DNA of 27,923 bases from a virus (lineage: Duplodnaviria > Caudoviricetes): positions 1-27,923 of the IMG/VR virus record IMGVR_UViG_3300028925_011437. One strand, written 5' to 3'. The notes under the pieces are model-generated. The model searched no databases, was not told the origin of the DNA, and saw only the letters and a list, made by a program, of their open reading frames with translations. How positions within the stretch are numbered: the stretch's first letter is position 1; each line of letters begins with the position of its first letter. Shown one piece after another: positions 25,780 to 27,923 of the stretch. The position numbers and the translations under genes were made by a program.

Positions 25780-25790
25780 AGGGGTGAGGA

Positions 25791-27284
25791 ATGGCCGTAG
25801 ACGTAGCCACGATCACGCAACAATTGAATTCTCTTCCGCCGGATAAGCAGAAAGAGATTCTGGTCCTCCTAAACGAACTGTCCGATTCTAGGGGCAGAAT
25901 CGAAGCCCAGAGCAAGTTCCTACCGTTTATTAGGAAGATGTGGCCTGCTTTCATTGAGGGCAGTCACCACAAAATCATGGCTGACGCTTTCAATCGTATC
26001 GCGGATGGCAGTCTGAAGAGGTTGATTATTAACATGCCTCCTCGCCATACGAAGTCAGAGTTTGCGTCCAACTTCTTTCCTGCCTGGTATCTCGGAAAGT
26101 ATCCCGACAGAAAAATTATCCAGACGGCCCATACCGCAGAGTTGGCAGTTGGGTTTGGACGTAAGGTTCGTAACCTTGTGGGATCAAGCGGTTACCAGAA
26201 AATCTTCCCTGACGTATCGCTGAGTGCAGATTCCAAGGCTGCGGGTCGTTGGTCAACAAACAAGAACGGAGACTATTTTGCTATTGGTGTAGGCGGTGCT
26301 GTTACGGGTAAGGGTGCCGATATTCTCATCGTGGATGATCCGCATTCTGAGCAGGAAGCTGCCCTGAACGATCCATCTGTCTACGACAGAACGTATGAAT
26401 GGTATACTTCCGGTCCTCGGCAGCGGCTACAGCCTGGAGGTGCGATCTGCCTAGTGATGACTCGTTGGTCGAAAAAGGATTTGACTGGCAGTATTGTTAA
26501 GGCGTCGATAGAACGAGGTGGCGCAGATGAGTGGGAGGTCATAGAATTTCCTGCAATTCTTCCCAGCGGCAAATCGCTTTGGCCTGGCTTCTGGCCGATA
26601 GAACAACTTGAATCGCTGAAGGCGGAACTACCCCTATCCAAATGGACTGCCCAGTATCAGCAGGATCCGACCTCCGAAGAGGGCGCGATCATCAAGCGCG
26701 AATGGTGGAATGATTGGACAGAGAAGGAACCACCGAATTGCGAGTTTGTGATTCAATCATGGGATACCGCGTTTCTTGCAAAGGAAACCGCCGACTACAG
26801 TGCGTGTACGACCTGGGGCGTTTTCAAGAACAAGAAAGATGAATCGAATATAATTTTGTTGGACGCAGTACAAGAGCGTCTAGAATTTCCTGATCTGAAA
26901 GCCCGCGCTTATGAAATCTGGAAGGAATACAAGCCAGATGCATTTATTGTGGAAGCAAAGGCTGCGGGCAGCCCGCTAATATTTGAACTCAGAAGAATGG
27001 GGATTCCCGTAAGTGAATACACCCCGAGTCGTGGCAAAGATAAAATTGCTAGGGTAAATGCAGTTTCTGATATATTTTCTTCAGGGCTGGTGTGGGCACC
27101 TAAGAAAAGATGGGCCGAAGCGGTCATCGAAGAATTCGCAGCGTTTCCCAATGGGGATTACGACGATCTCGTAGACTCATCCACACAGGCACTGTTGCGA
27201 TTTCGGCAGGGTGGTTTTATTTCGATTGAGAGCGATGAGCCCATGGATGAGTTCTTTCCAGGCCGCAAGGCAGATTATTATTAA
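25791..27284 (+). CDS. terL: Terminase large subunit
   Basis: Walker A 'INMPPRHTKS', Walker B 'LIVDDP', 'MTRW', nuclease motifs 'SWDTA' and 'DDLVDSSTQA'. Confidence 0.95.
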   Translation: MAVDVATITQQLNSLPPDKQKEILVLLNELSDSRGRIEAQSKFLPFIRKMWPAFIEGSHHKIMADAFNRIADGSLKRLIINMPPRHTKSEFASNFFPAWYLGKYPDRKIIQTAHTAELAVGFGRKVRNLVGSSGYQKIFPDVSLSADSKAAGRWSTNKNGDYFAIGVGGAVTGKGADILIVDDPHSEQEAALNDPSVYDRTYEWYTSGPRQRLQPGGAICLVMTRWSKKDLTGSIVKASIERGGADEWEVIEFPAILPSGKSLWPGFWPIEQLESLKAELPLSKWTAQYQQDPTSEEGAIIKREWWNDWTEKEPPNCEFVIQSWDTAFLAKETADYSACTTWGVFKNKKDESNIILLDAVQERLEFPDLKARAYEIWKEYKPDAFIVEAKAAGSPLIFELRRMGIPVSEYTPSRGKDKIARVNAVSDIFSSGLVWAPKKRWAEAVIEEFAAFPNGDYDDLVDSSTQALLRFRQGGFISIESDEPMDEFFPGRKADYY

Positions 27285-27304
27285 CCCATGGTTAGTGAGC
27301 TAGT

Positions 27305-27589
27305 ATGGCTAAAGACTCTATATTGAAACGAATTGGCGTATCCGGTTACAATAAACCAAAGCGAACGCCGAATCATCCCAAGAAATCCCATGTAGTTGTT
27401 GCCAAAGAGGGATCTACGGTAAAGACGATACGTTTCGGAGAGCAAGGTGCGAGTACTGCTGGCAAGCCAAAAGCCGGTGAGTCTGATCGCATGAAAAATA
27501 AACGTAAAAGCTTTAAGGCCCGTCACGGCAAGAACATAAAGAAAGGCAAAATGTCCGCAGCATATTGGGCGGACAAGGAGAAGTGGTGA
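27305..27589 (+). CDS. Small basic phage protein
   Basis: Lys-rich; 'KTIRFG.QG...RKSFKARH...SAAYWA...W'. Confidence 0.8.
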   Translation: MAKDSILKRIGVSGYNKPKRTPNHPKKSHVVVAKEGSTVKTIRFGEQGASTAGKPKAGESDRMKNKRKSFKARHGKNIKKGKMSAAYWADKEKW

Positions 27590-27593
27590 TAAT

Positions 27594-27773
27594 ATGAAGG
27601 GCGTTAAGCATTATAAAAAAGATGGATCAACGCATACTGGTAAGAATCACAAGATGAAAGACGGCACATTGCATAGTGGCGTTAAGCATACTGCATCCAG
27701 TGTGAAACTATTCCATTTTAGTGAATTGAATAAAAAGGCTAAAGCAAAAGCCAAAACATCTCGGGGCAAATAA
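27594..27773 (+). CDS. Small basic His/Lys-rich protein (59 aa, absent from the ORF track)
   Basis: Manual translation MKGVKHYKKDGSTHTGKNHKMKDGTLHSGVKHTASSVKLFHFSELNKKAKAKAKTSRGK; tiles between its neighbours. Confidence 0.75.
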   Translation: MKGVKHYKKDGSTHTGKNHKMKDGTLHSGVKHTASSVKLFHFSELNKKAKAKAKTSRGK

Positions 27774-27923
27774 ATGCCAATAGATAAACCAATGGATCCT
27801 CTTTTTAATCAAGATGATTTTGATATGGGGCCAGGAGGATTCACGGTAGCTGAAGAAGACATGCCTTCGGGTGATCCAATCAATCATCCTTCTGTCACTG
27901 AGACGGAAGACGGAGGCATGACG
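27774..27923 (+). CDS. 5' end of a gene, probably the portal protein (partial)
   Basis: MPIDKPM...TEDGGMT acidic N-terminus, open to the window end. Portal is inferred from position after terL. Confidence 0.45.
   Translation, partial: MPIDKPMDPLFNQDDFDMGPGGFTVAEEDMPSGDPINHPSVTETEDGGMT

Overview
About 28 kb of a tailed dsDNA bacteriophage genome, probably podovirus-like. It starts inside a giant LPD38-type virion/ejection protein and continues into a lysis region (holin, peptidase M15 endolysin, spanin-like protein) interrupted by two genes that share an N-terminal leader and by a Ref/HNH-like nuclease. Next come a minus-strand recombination module (SSB-like, Sak, PD-(D/E)XK nuclease), RusA plus a T7 gp4/Twinkle-type primase-helicase, and a long minus-strand early region containing an AAA-ATPase / helical protein / metallopeptidase-VWA triad. 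It ends with a TerS-like gene, about 2.4 kb rich in repeats and hairpins, terL, and the probable start of the portal gene. I saw no DNA polymerase, integrase, tRNA or CRISPR array. Features not explained by the ORFs: ten copies of a 15-bp palindrome GGGGAA-N3-TTCCCC clustered around a divergent, apparently leaderless TerS-like gene; a candidate ~98-nt sRNA displaying an anti-Shine-Dalgarno loop; two cargo genes with a shared leader, one ART-like; and several duplicated or covarying hairpins near the presumed genome end. All family assignments come from motif recognition by eye, with no database search.
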